64,000 bases of DNA from Candidatus Multivoradales bacterium (GTDB lineage Bacteria > Acidobacteriota > Thermoanaerobaculia > Multivoradales > J023): contig CBDFLE010000006.1 of the NCBI GenBank assembly GCA_965248925.1, forward strand, positions 224,001 through 288,000, given 5' to 3'. A program made the translations under genes and the position numbers. Under the pieces are notes generated by a model. It had not been told where the DNA came from, made no database searches, and saw nothing but the letters and a program-made list of their open reading frames with translations. Positions within the stretch are counted from its first letter, which is position 1. Each line of letters starts with the position of its first letter. This document shows, piece after piece, positions 40,484 to 50,004 of this stretch.

Positions 40484-40951
40484 ATGTCCTTTCGTATCAC
40501 CGGCCTTTCGCCCCAACCTTTTCGGCACCTGTTCGGGCTGAGCGACGAGGAGCTTACCCAGCACGGCGCGCAGCGCTATATCGCCGACCGCAAGCCAGGC
40601 TTCCCCGACCGGATCGAAATGCGCGACGCCGAACCCGGCGAATCGCTAATTCTAGTCAACTACGTCCACCAAGCCGCCGACACTCCTTTTCGCGCCTGCC
40701 ATGCGGTCTTTGTCCGCGAGGGTGCCGTAGCCGTCTACGACCGGATCGACGAGGTGCCTGAGGTCTTGCGCCTGCGGCAGCTGTCGCTGCGCGCATTCGA
40801 TGCTGACGGCATGCTGATCGACGCCGACTTGGTCCAGGGCGGTGAGCTGGAGATTCCGGTCGAGCGGCTGTTGGCAAACCCGCGGGTCGCCTACATTCAG
40901 GCCCACTACGCCAAACCTGGCTGTTACGCGGCGCGGATCGACCGCGCCTAG
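40484..40951 (+). CDS. DUF1203-family protein
   Basis: FRITGL....F..LF.LSD.EL, PGFP.R...DAE.GE, P..A.HAVF, LSLRAFD, HYAKPGCYAAR. Confidence 0.8.
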   Translation: MSFRITGLSPQPFRHLFGLSDEELTQHGAQRYIADRKPGFPDRIEMRDAEPGESLILVNYVHQAADTPFRACHAVFVREGAVAVYDRIDEVPEVLRLRQLSLRAFDADGMLIDADLVQGGELEIPVERLLANPRVAYIQAHYAKPGCYAARIDRA

Positions 40952-40986
40952 TGCTGCTATGGTCGAGGGCTAGGATCATCACGGTC

Positions 40987-41190
40987 CTAGAACGCCTCAG
41001 ACGTCTCGATCTCGAGTCGCCGTCGATAGTCGAGATCGTCACCAATCGAAGGCTTGCCTCGCAGAGCCTTGAGCTTGTGCTAGCGCGAGAATTCGGCTAG
41101 CACCTAGTCGGTGGCTTCGTCTCTCGACTTTGCCTGGGTGACACGTATCGACTCACAGACAGCGGCGTCGAGAACGACAACAGTGCGGAT
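40987..41190 (-). pseudogene. Decayed vapB antitoxin paralog
   Basis: Reads IRTVVVLD...TQAKSRDEATD*VLAEFSR*HKLKALRGKPSIGDDLDYRRRLEIE against VapB 38907 MRTTITVDD...TQAKSRNEAINTALAEW...RLKSLRGKLSIADDLDDRRQLEIG. ATC in place of the start and two stops. Confidence 0.8.
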
Positions 41191-41246
41191 CTCTATCTCT
41201 ACGAAAAACGCAGCTGTAGCGACTCTAGGCCAGCTGCTACCGGCCC

Positions 41247-41407
41247 TCACCCCACACAAACGTCGACACTCGGCGAGAAGCCGCAGTCGGCACCGACGTT
41301 GTTGGCGCAGGTCAGGCCGGTGGCGCATTGGCCGTCGTTGTCGCAATCGCCCTGCCCGGCGGCGCACGGCCCGCAGTCGCGGCAGTAGTGGCCATGGCCC
41401 AACGGCC
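41247..41407 (-). repeat. Orphan copy of the 3' end (last Cys-rich module and stop) of the choice-of-anchor-B gene
   Basis: 161 bp aligning ungapped to 47921..48081 with about 14 mismatches counted by eye. Confidence 0.9.
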
Positions 41408-41589
41408 TATAGCACGAGATGTGACGTACAACGAGAAAGTACTTACAGAGATTTCGACGCCCTCTTGGGTCTATTGCACCGATATCTTGAAGAAGGTGCG
41501 CAGGAGAACTTCAGACTAGCCAGCACGGTAGGCTGCTCTGAGCAAGCCCCGGAAACTAGGCAGGACAACGCACAGCAGAGCCTCCCACC

Positions 41590-44500
41590 TCACAAACCGT
41601 ACCTGCGGCAAAGCTCTAGAAAGCTTCTATCACTCCATTTCTTGTCTGTTAGTCTCGCGACAATTGGTTCTGCTTCGACCAGCCGCCCAAGGTGGATCAG
41701 AACCTTCGCATACAAGTCCAACAAGCGAGTCTCTTCAGAGTTACGGACTACCGGCTCCAAGCACGCTAAACTACGTAACCAGGAACGTCTGGCTAGACCC
41801 ATTTCCTCCTCGCCCGCTGCTGAAGTTCCCAAGCCAAGATATCCCCATGCCAGCATCCTAAGAACACGGCGATCCTCAGGATATTTCAACAAAAGTCCCT
41901 CCATACTACTTACGACACTCTGAAAGAGTGTGCCAGCTCTTTCAAACTTCTCTTTACGGACAAACACCTCCCCCAATCCAATCCGACACCGTGCGACGGC
42001 GGTATGGTCCAGCCCGAAATAACTCTCCCTGATCTCCAATGCTCTGCGATAGTACTCTTCCGCAAGTTCCAACCGCTCCGTCGCCAAATACACAGCTGCT
42101 AGATTGCTCAAGGGAGAGGCAACGAAAACGCTCGAAGAGCCAAGGGTCTCTACAAATATCTCATGCGCCCTCTCATAAAGCGGCTCAGCCCGGTCGTATT
42201 TACCTAAGAGAAAGTACGTTGATCCAAGATTACTGAGGTTGTGCGCGACGTCCTCATGAGTCCAACCAAGAATACTCACCCGCGTATCTAGAGCCAAGGT
42301 AAGCAACGCAATGGCACGTTCAGAGTTTCCACGCGAGCTTTGGATGAAAGACAGGCCCTCTAGAACAGTAGCGGCTCTTGGATTCTTCTTACCCAGTGTG
42401 GTCTCAAAACTGTGGAGCGCACGACCATAGAGAACCTCAGCCCTGTCAAGACGTTCCTGTTGAGAATAGAGCACAGCAAGATTGTGGAGGCTCGCACCCA
42501 GTTCAGCGTTACCCCCACCGTTTCCCACTTCGGAATCCGCGAGAATCCGTTGATAGAGTTCCTCTGCGAGGTCGTCATCGCCCGCCGAAGAGTAGATCTG
42601 GGCGAGCGTATGCAACAAGTCATAAATAGCGGGATGTTCCGGTTCGAGATAGCTCTCGCGGATACTCAGAGCTCTTTGGCAAAAGCTCATGGCATGTTCG
42701 ATATCACCTGCCTGTAAATAGAGGCTCGCCAACATACCTATAGGCACAGCAAGATCCAAATGACCTCTGCCTAGTGATCTCTCACCAATCCCAATGGCTT
42801 TGAGATACTGCACCTTCGCTTCTCCGATCTTCCCTTTCTCAGCCAGAAGAACGCCTCTGCCAGTACGCAATTTCATCTCCACTATTGGAGACTCGACAGC
42901 TCGCGCCATGGCTTCAAAGCCCTTCGAGAAGAGCTCTTCAGAACGCTGATACTGCCCAAGAAGTCGCTGGAGATCTGCAAAATGCCCGAGCGTGGGAGCC
43001 AACAAGCCGTCGCTAGGAGAGACTCTCTCTTGAATCTCGATCGAACTCTCGAATAGCGACTCTGCCTCGGAATACTCGCCCTTCTCTTGCTTCAGCACTG
43101 CTAACTGGAAGAGGCTAATGGCCACCTCAGAACTATCCGGGCCAAACACCTGCCGGCGCTCTTGCAGAGCCTCCCCTAAAAGCAACTGAGCTCTCTCATG
43201 CAATCCCAGCTTTCGCAAAATGACACCAAGGGTGGTATTCAGCTCCGATCGCCTAATTGGATCCTCTCGAAATGCATGTTTCACATCCATCGCCGCCCGC
43301 TCGACCAACTCGCGAGCAGAGACTGTTCCATCTCGAGCCACAGAAGGGTCGGCTCGGTCGAACAGATGGACTAAAAACAGATTGACCGTCTTGCGCGCGG
43401 CAGCTTCCGACCGAGCGTCGTTAAGTGCCGACCGGGTGGTAATAACAAAGAAAACAACCGAGAGTGAAAAAGCAAGAGCTACCACGGCGCCACGCATATT
43501 CCTCAGCACAAATTTACTAACTCGGTACGGCCAACTCGGATCCCGGGACGACACAGGGTAACCATCCAAGTGCGAACGAATATCACCAGCCATACTTTCA
43601 GCGGAGCCATAGCGCCGCGCTGGATCTTCCTCCAAAGCCTTGAGCACAACACTTTCCAGTTCTCCCCATATCGAGCCGAAACGCCAAGCAGCCAATCGCT
43701 GGACAGGGAGACTGCCAGAAACTGCCTCAAGTGAACCGACCCGCTCAGAAGAATCGCATTCATTCCAAACAGCTTTGCAGAAGTGAGGATCTCGGTACGC
43801 CAATAGCTCGAGAAGAACAACTCCAAGCGAGTAGACATCACTAGTAGTTGTAATCGGCTTGCAATGAATCTGCTCTGGACTAGCATAACTCGACGTCAAG
43901 GGATACGCGCGGGACGACTGGTGCGGACGCGCGGCGTCGTCTATCATCCTTGCAACACCGAAATCTAAGATCTTAGGATCCCCATGCTCCGTCACAAGAA
44001 TATTACTTGGCTTGAGGTCGCCATGAACAATCAAGTTTTGATGAAGGAAGTGGACGGCGGAGCACACTCGACAGAAGAGCTCGAGTATCTGACGTCGTGT
44101 TCGAGTCGAATCAGAACAGTAATCCTTTATTGAAACCCCATCCACATGCTCCATAACCAGGTAAGGCCTGTAATCCGCAGCAACACCCCCATCAATAAGC
44201 CTTGCAATAAAAGGATGCTCAATGCCAGCCAATATCTGACGCTCCTGGAGGAATCGGCGGATCAAAGACGCATCGACGGCTCTCGTATTGACAATCTTGA
44301 CCGCCACTGTCTTCTCAAAGGTTCCATCCTGCCTGGTGGCTTGATAAACAATACCCATTCCTCCCCTACCGATCTCTCTCTCAATCCTATAGGGCCCGAG
44401 ATCCTTAGGTGCTTCCGAAGAACTACCATCGGACAGATCAGGCATCCACTCGACCGCAAGCTCATCATGAGCGATGAGCGATTCGACATCCAAGCGCAAT

Positions 44501-44607
44501 TGAGCACAGTCGGTGGCCTGAGCAAGAAATGCCAGTCTATCCCCGGAAGACATCTCCCGAGCCCTGAAGAAGAGTTCCCTCGCTTCGCTCCATCTGCCGC
44601 CAGTCAC
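41590..44607 (-). CDS. Ser/Thr protein kinase with TM helix and TPR repeats
   Basis: IGRGGMGIVY, VAVK, HGDLKPSN, DFGVA, YASPEQ, DVYSLG; many TPR-10/12-like repeats. GTG start overlaps the ECF stop. Confidence 0.92.
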   Translation of the reverse strand: MTGGRWSEARELFFRAREMSSGDRLAFLAQATDCAQLRLDVESLIAHDELAVEWMPDLSDGSSSEAPKDLGPYRIEREIGRGGMGIVYQATRQDGTFEKTVAVKIVNTRAVDASLIRRFLQERQILAGIEHPFIARLIDGGVAADYRPYLVMEHVDGVSIKDYCSDSTRTRRQILELFCRVCSAVHFLHQNLIVHGDLKPSNILVTEHGDPKILDFGVARMIDDAARPHQSSRAYPLTSSYASPEQIHCKPITTTSDVYSLGVVLLELLAYRDPHFCKAVWNECDSSERVGSLEAVSGSLPVQRLAAWRFGSIWGELESVVLKALEEDPARRYGSAESMAGDIRSHLDGYPVSSRDPSWPYRVSKFVLRNMRGAVVALAFSLSVVFFVITTRSALNDARSEAAARKTVNLFLVHLFDRADPSVARDGTVSARELVERAAMDVKHAFREDPIRRSELNTTLGVILRKLGLHERAQLLLGEALQERRQVFGPDSSEVAISLFQLAVLKQEKGEYSEAESLFESSIEIQERVSPSDGLLAPTLGHFADLQRLLGQYQRSEELFSKGFEAMARAVESPIVEMKLRTGRGVLLAEKGKIGEAKVQYLKAIGIGERSLGRGHLDLAVPIGMLASLYLQAGDIEHAMSFCQRALSIRESYLEPEHPAIYDLLHTLAQIYSSAGDDDLAEELYQRILADSEVGNGGGNAELGASLHNLAVLYSQQERLDRAEVLYGRALHSFETTLGKKNPRAATVLEGLSFIQSSRGNSERAIALLTLALDTRVSILGWTHEDVAHNLSNLGSTYFLLGKYDRAEPLYERAHEIFVETLGSSSVFVASPLSNLAAVYLATERLELAEEYYRRALEIRESYFGLDHTAVARCRIGLGEVFVRKEKFERAGTLFQSVVSSMEGLLLKYPEDRRVLRMLAWGYLGLGTSAAGEEEMGLARRSWLRSLACLEPVVRNSEETRLLDLYAKVLIHLGRLVEAEPIVARLTDKKWSDRSFLELCRRYGL

Positions 44608-45170
44608 CGACGATCTCCAAACAGTTCTCTGTGGAGAAATGCTCGCGCTAACGACCAATCCCGCTTGACCGTCGCAGCTGAAATCTGAAGAACCCCACAG
44701 AGTTCTCTCACGGTAAACCCCGCCAAAAATCGCAAGACCACCACTTTGCATAAACGCGAATCTACTTCCTCCAGACGCCCTAGAGCTTGCGCCAGCTCCA
44801 ACAAGTCGATACTAATAGGATCGGCAGGCAACTCGATTCCCGAGAACGATATCTTATACACATTCCCACCACGTTTCATCGACCCACGACTGCGAGCATG
44901 GTCGACTAATATTTCATACATCTTTACGGCTGCAGCAGCGAAGAATTCCGTCCGGTTCCTCCAAGAGACAGATTTCTCTCCCAGAAACCGAATGCAGGCT
45001 TCGTTTACCAGTGCTGTCGGCTGCAGAGTGTGGCCTGGGCGCTCCCGGCCGAACATCCTCTTGGCGCTCTTTCGTAGATCTTCGTACACCGCGGAAAACA
45101 ACTGATCACGCGCACCTTCATTTCCTTGACGCCACTGCTGAAGTAGTCTCGTTATATTGTTGTCATTCAC
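44604..45170 (-). CDS. ECF sigma factor, kinase-associated (TIGR02999/ECF43-like)
   Basis: ITRLLQQW..G, HTLQPTALVNEA, W.NR..FFAAAA..M..ILVDHAR, LRF.AG, S..TVKRDW..ARA.L. Confidence 0.92.
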   Translation of the reverse strand: MNDNNITRLLQQWRQGNEGARDQLFSAVYEDLRKSAKRMFGRERPGHTLQPTALVNEACIRFLGEKSVSWRNRTEFFAAAAVKMYEILVDHARSRGSMKRGGNVYKISFSGIELPADPISIDLLELAQALGRLEEVDSRLCKVVVLRFLAGFTVRELCGVLQISAATVKRDWSLARAFLHRELFGDRR

Positions 45171-46025
45171 TTCGATTTCTCTCCTGCCTTGCTCGAGAAC
45201 TCAGCGACATCAGCGAACCGCATCCCGGGCGAGAGTGCAACTTGCCCAGATCCCGAGTTCGCGGCAATCCACTTGACTAGAGATCTGCTAAGAATCTCAC
45301 ACTAAGTACTACTTTCCTTCCAAAACGCGTTCGACGGCTGAGAAGACTGGAGATATCGAAATCCACCCAGAGCGAGTGTGTCCACCTCGATTGTCCGCAC
45401 GGCCGAGACTATTCGCAATCAAAATCACTATGCCATTCTAGGGCCTTACTGTCAACAGCCTCTGCGATGCTCTTCACCTCATACTGAGCTGTCGGCTGGG
45501 ACTGGTAGCCCATTGAAGCCGTAGATTTTCTACGCAGGGAACCAATATTGAGGGTGACGATTCAGAATCTTCGTGAGGAGTGAGCCCTTTTCTTGGCAGT
45601 CTGCGCACACATCCTGTAGAGGCTAGGTATCGGACTAGCGAAGAGGGAGGGCCCCTGAACTCTGTGCGGGAAGATTTTGCTAGCTAGTCTGAACACAGAA
45701 GAGGGCGTCCTGCTGGCCACATTGAGACCCAAGTGGGAGGAGGAGTGCATTTTCGCAGATGAAAAGCCGATAAAGGGGCGCTCACAGAACCTCGCAGGCA
45801 CGCTGCGGCCAGGCCCGGCTCTCGACCGTCACCGGTTGGAAGAAAAGCTCGTGCTCGGGAGCCTGATGGCGTTTCACACGGTTGGGAGTCGAAAATGGTT
45901 GGAGGTTGCGAATGGAACGCAGAATTCAGTAGGTGACGAGCGCTCCCATGCGATACAGCTCACACCACGTCGATAGTCCAACGCCACGGCCCACTCAAAC
46001 TCGAACTATCAGAGAAGGAGGATCT

Positions 46026-46412
46026 ATGCGCGCACTACACTTGGGAACATGGCTATTCGTGATGGCGTTCCCGTGCTTTGGTGAGAACCTACGACCGGAG
46101 GAGGTCAGTTCCTCGGACACTCCTCTTTTTGAGGAGAGGGCTCGCCCGGCAGCAAGCGATTCGGACGCAGCCAAGATGCGGGGGAGTCTTGAACTATGCC
46201 GCTCCGTGATCGCCGCCGGCGGCGAGGCGGTCGCTTCTCCCTACCGCCTGGAATCCGTGATGACCCTGAGCGAAGCTGGGCCTATCGGCGGCGGCCGCTA
46301 TCGCTTGGATGTGGGGTTCTTTGCCCTCGAAACACCCTTTGGCATCTTCTCCGACGGCTTCGAGAGCGGCAACACCTCTCGCTGGACCCTAACCATCGCA
46401 TCCCCTCGCTGA
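46026..46412 (+). CDS. Small secreted protein with C-terminal IFSDGFESG motif
   Basis: AGGAGG RBS, signal-peptide-like N-terminus, VIAAGG..S..YRL..G..YRL..GF, IFSDGFESGNTSRW. Confidence 0.7.
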   Translation: MRALHLGTWLFVMAFPCFGENLRPEEVSSSDTPLFEERARPAASDSDAAKMRGSLELCRSVIAAGGEAVASPYRLESVMTLSEAGPIGGGRYRLDVGFFALETPFGIFSDGFESGNTSRWTLTIASPR

Positions 46413-46422
46413 GGAGGTCACT

Positions 46423-47847
46423 ATGATCAAGTGGAAACAGACCCTGTTCTTCGTACTCGTCGTTGCGTTCTTGACCTCTACGGTTGCTGGTGTTCAAGTC
46501 GGCACTTCATTCACCTATCAAGGCAAGCTTCACGACGCGGGCCAGGCGGCCAATGGAGCCTACGATTTCGAGCTGGCGGTGTACGACGACCCTGGTTCTG
46601 CGAGTCCCCTGGAGACTCTCTCCTTCTGTTCCGTAGATCTCCGGGACGGGATATTTACCCTGAACGTCGACTTTGGGCCGGTGTTTGACGGCGAGCGAAG
46701 ATGGTTGGAAGTGGGAGTGACGCTGGCCGGGGACTGCGACGGCTCTACGATCTACACTTTCCTTGATCCGCGACAGGAGATCACCGCGTCGCCCCACTCC
46801 GTGTGGACAATAGAGGCGCTCAACGCCGAGCGGCTCGACGGCCTCGACTCAACTGCGTTTCTTCGGTCCACCGGCACCGCGGTAGCCGAGAATATTGTCC
46901 TGACGGGTACACTGATGCTCGATCCTGGCGCCGCCCTGATATTTTCAGACGGCAGTGTTCAGACCACTGCGGCGTTCCCGTTGGGTCCGACTGTGACCCA
47001 TCCTGAGATCCACCTGCCGGCTTTCCTGACCTGCGGAGACGCGGCCGAAAACGATCCGGCCCAGTGGGCGCCCCTGGCGATTGGCACCTTCCGTTTGCCC
47101 TTGGACGGTTCTTTCTTCGACATCCCCACGAATTTTGCTGGCATCGATGTCGGTCAAGGAATGGGGAGCGTTGCCGCACGCATCCAAACTGCGATACGAG
47201 CAGTCACGGGTGGACAGGAAACTGTGATCTGGAACGGACGCTTCATTATCCACTCCGTCTTAGCGACCTCACAGAGCAGTATCGCACCCTTGGAGTCCAC
47301 TGGCTTCCCGGTGGACATTTCCGGCGCTGGCAGCAGCGCTTGGATGGATTGCGAAACTGGCCGCGGAACGCCGAAGGAAGCCGTCTTGAACCTGCCAGTC
47401 TACGAAGGGCATGTACCTCTGCTTGACGAGAACGGCCAGCTAGACGCCAACTTCCGACCTCCAGCCATCAGGATTGGCGTAGATTCTTTCAATCCAATTT
47501 CTCTTGCTAGCGCAAAGACCGTGGTTCACAATCTAGGGCGAATTCCGAGCCGGATCCGCATCTGGTGGCACGTCGATAGCCTTGTCAGCTCCAACCGCCT
47601 TCTGGGGGAAGGGGTCTACGACGGCTCTTCATATGCCACACTAACAAATGTCGTTGCTAGCACCTTTGGCAATACGCAGACGACCGTAATGAGTACTACC
47701 TCAATGATCATTGTTGGCAAGTCTCAGTTCTCTAACGGTGGTTGGAGCGCGGTCATTGGTGAGAATTCGGAAAACCACTTCCGAATCGACATCGTCCAAT
47801 TCGATGGTCTTAGTAATTCGATCGACTTCGGCTGGGAGGTGCAGTAG
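46423..47847 (+). CDS. Secreted mosaic protein with phage-structural-like segments
   Basis: GAGGAGG RBS, signal peptide, TSFTYQGKL...ANGAYDF domain, LDGLDST.F, F.DGS.QTTA, C-terminal HNLGRIP. Confidence 0.75.
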   Translation: MIKWKQTLFFVLVVAFLTSTVAGVQVGTSFTYQGKLHDAGQAANGAYDFELAVYDDPGSASPLETLSFCSVDLRDGIFTLNVDFGPVFDGERRWLEVGVTLAGDCDGSTIYTFLDPRQEITASPHSVWTIEALNAERLDGLDSTAFLRSTGTAVAENIVLTGTLMLDPGAALIFSDGSVQTTAAFPLGPTVTHPEIHLPAFLTCGDAAENDPAQWAPLAIGTFRLPLDGSFFDIPTNFAGIDVGQGMGSVAARIQTAIRAVTGGQETVIWNGRFIIHSVLATSQSSIAPLESTGFPVDISGAGSSAWMDCETGRGTPKEAVLNLPVYEGHVPLLDENGQLDANFRPPAIRIGVDSFNPISLASAKTVVHNLGRIPSRIRIWWHVDSLVSSNRLLGEGVYDGSSYATLTNVVASTFGNTQTTVMSTTSMIIVGKSQFSNGGWSAVIGENSENHFRIDIVQFDGLSNSIDFGWEVQ

Positions 47848-47884
47848 ACCGGGATCAGATCCAACCGCTGGGCGCCGGAGAACT

Positions 47885-47910
47885 GCGCCCGGATGTTGAA
47901 TCCCTTCGAG
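47885..47910 (+). repeat. 26-bp exact direct repeat, copy 2
   Basis: Identical to 40327..40352. Confidence 0.9.
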
Positions 47911-47920
47911 CTAGCCTGAG

Positions 47921-49789
47921 TCACTCGACGCAGACATCGACGTTGGGCGAGAAGCCAAAGTCGGCACCGGCGTTGTTGGCGCAGGTCAGGCCGGTGGCGC
48001 ATTGGCTGTCGTCGTCGCAATCGCCCTGCCCGGCGGCGCACGGCCCACAGTCGCGGCAGTAGTGGCCATGGCCCAACGGCCAGGGACACACTGCTGGCGG
48101 TGGTGGTGGCGGGCCGTCGCCAGCGACGCAGACGTCAATGTTGGCGTTGAAGCCGAACTGCGCGCCAATGTCGTTGCTGCAAGTCAAACCAGCCCCGCAC
48201 TGCGCGTCGCCATCGCAATCACCCTGGCCGGCCGGGCAAGGGCCGCAATCGCGGCAGTAGTGGCCGTGACCGAGGGGCCAGGGACAGGAGGGTGGCGGTT
48301 CGCCGCCGCCAACCATGCATACGTCAACGTTGGCGTTGAAACCAAACTGTGTGCCGACGTTGTCCACGCAGCTCAGGCCAGTGGCGCATTGGGCGTCGTT
48401 GTCGCAATCACCCTGGCCCGCGGCACAGGGGCCGCAGTCGCGACAGAAGCTGCCGTGCCCCGGAGGCAGACCGCAGCTGGTCGGCCCGGCAGACTCCAGG
48501 TTGTGCCGCAGCACGAAAAGACCGCGGTTGATGTCGCTGACCAGCACGATGCCGCTGTCGGCGATGGGAAAGGCGCTCCAGGCACCGCTGAAATTGGCGC
48601 TGTCGCCCTCGGGATGAGTGTCGAAAAAGGCCACCTCGCTCAATCGCCCCTGACGGATCGGTGCCAGGCTGAGGATCCGCAACCCGCCCATGTAGTTGGC
48701 CTGGTAAGTGTGATCGCCTTGGACGTACTGGTTGTGATCGATCGACGGTCGACCCGCCTGGATGTAGACCTGCGGCGGCGGCGGCGCGTCGAGATCCGAG
48801 AGATCCCAGATGTAAGTTGTGGTCTCGTGGCCGAATCGCTGCTCGTCGAGTTCGTCATCTTGGAGAAAAAAGGCGTGGTCGCCGGTCAAGGAGCCTTGGT
48901 GGACGTAGGCCCGGCCCGCGTAGTCGGTGCGCGACAGCATCCGCGGCGCCGTCTTGTTGGACACATCGACAATGGTCAGGCTGTCGGTGTTGGAGGCAAA
49001 GCAAATCTCGCGCCCCTGATGCTCGGCGTCTGGACCGCGATAGGTCACGCATTCCACGTCGTGGGTGTAGCCATCGTCGGCAAAGCAGCCGACAAACTGC
49101 GGCGACCGCGGTTGGCGGATGTCGATCATGTAGATACCGCCAGCGCAGGTCTCAGGCTCTGTGCCCACGGCGAAGGCAAAACCGGTGTCGGCATTGATCG
49201 CCAAGTTGTGGGCCCGGCGAAAGCCGGCGTGATGGGCGTCTTCGGTGAACTCGCGCGGCGCCGCATTGACGTTGCGCAGGCGGCGCAGGTCGAACACCTG
49301 CATGCCGTGCTCACCGGCAAAATCGGCAACGACAAAGGCATGATCGCGGTAGACCTTGATGTCGCGCCACGCGGAATCCACATCGTGGGTGGCCAAATTG
49401 CCGACGTAGATCGGACTCTCCGGAGCGCTGACATCGACAAAGGAGACGCCGTTCGAGCGCCCGACCAAGGCGTAGTCCTTGCCCGTCTGCGGATCCCGCC
49501 AGCTCCACATGTCGTTGCCAGTGCCACCGCCGATTTCGGCCAGCTGAAGAAACGACACCAAATCGACATTGCGGCAAGGGAAGATATCCGCCATCCCTCC
49601 CTGACAGCTAACCGGCGCGGCCAGGCTGTAGGCGATCTTCGCCATCGCGTCGTGTCCATGGGCGAGGATCGACATCTGCGACGGCGACAGATACTTCTGA
49701 TGCTGCAACATGTCGGGAATGTGGCAGGGGTAGGCGGACAGCGTCCACAGCAACGAAACCAGAACCAGCCAGTAGGTGCGACGCTTCAT
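47921..49789 (-). CDS. Choice-of-anchor-B-like secreted beta-propeller protein with three C-terminal 8-Cys modules
   Basis: Signal peptide; C..G.A..FPC.NVDL, ND.W.W, WRDIKVY, HGMQVFDL, AHN, YTHD..C, HQG.L, DDELDE, IDHN.Y, F.GAWS; three GDCD.D.QC..GL.C modules. Confidence 0.85.
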   Translation of the reverse strand: MKRRTYWLVLVSLLWTLSAYPCHIPDMLQHQKYLSPSQMSILAHGHDAMAKIAYSLAAPVSCQGGMADIFPCRNVDLVSFLQLAEIGGGTGNDMWSWRDPQTGKDYALVGRSNGVSFVDVSAPESPIYVGNLATHDVDSAWRDIKVYRDHAFVVADFAGEHGMQVFDLRRLRNVNAAPREFTEDAHHAGFRRAHNLAINADTGFAFAVGTEPETCAGGIYMIDIRQPRSPQFVGCFADDGYTHDVECVTYRGPDAEHQGREICFASNTDSLTIVDVSNKTAPRMLSRTDYAGRAYVHQGSLTGDHAFFLQDDELDEQRFGHETTTYIWDLSDLDAPPPPQVYIQAGRPSIDHNQYVQGDHTYQANYMGGLRILSLAPIRQGRLSEVAFFDTHPEGDSANFSGAWSAFPIADSGIVLVSDINRGLFVLRHNLESAGPTSCGLPPGHGSFCRDCGPCAAGQGDCDNDAQCATGLSCVDNVGTQFGFNANVDVCMVGGGEPPPSCPWPLGHGHYCRDCGPCPAGQGDCDGDAQCGAGLTCSNDIGAQFGFNANIDVCVAGDGPPPPPPAVCPWPLGHGHYCRDCGPCAAGQGDCDDDSQCATGLTCANNAGADFGFSPNVDVCVE

Positions 49790-50004
49790 CGGGACCTCCA
49801 AAGCGCTTGCGCGCGTAGTACACACACCATAGTAAACGACCAAGTCGCCCAACCACATCCCTGGGACGGATCGCCAGCTGGCGGTGACAAGACTCCGGCT
49901 ACCGTCCAGCCTCGCTTCACGGCCCGATGCTAGAGTCAGTCCACCCTACTTCGACTCGAGATTCCGCTGTCACCAAGCTCATCAGCAGACAAGGATTCAG
50001 TTTG

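Noticed and set aside
45171-46025. Short ORFs (45562..45801, 45677..45976) in the island's intergenic gap
   Set aside because: No recognisable motifs or RBS; treated as non-coding or decayed sequence.
41247-48081. Orphan 161-bp copy of a gene 3' end plus an RT in the window suggested a diversity-generating retroelement TR/VR pair
   Set aside because: Mismatches are not concentrated at adenines of either copy and many are synonymous. The only RT is fused to Cas1 and is not DGR-like in context.
48002-49933. Long antisense ORFs (this 643-aa one; also 12340..13482, 17153..18199, 22825..24144, 53452..54708)
   Set aside because: Shadow frames opposite well-supported genes, which are common in high-GC DNA.
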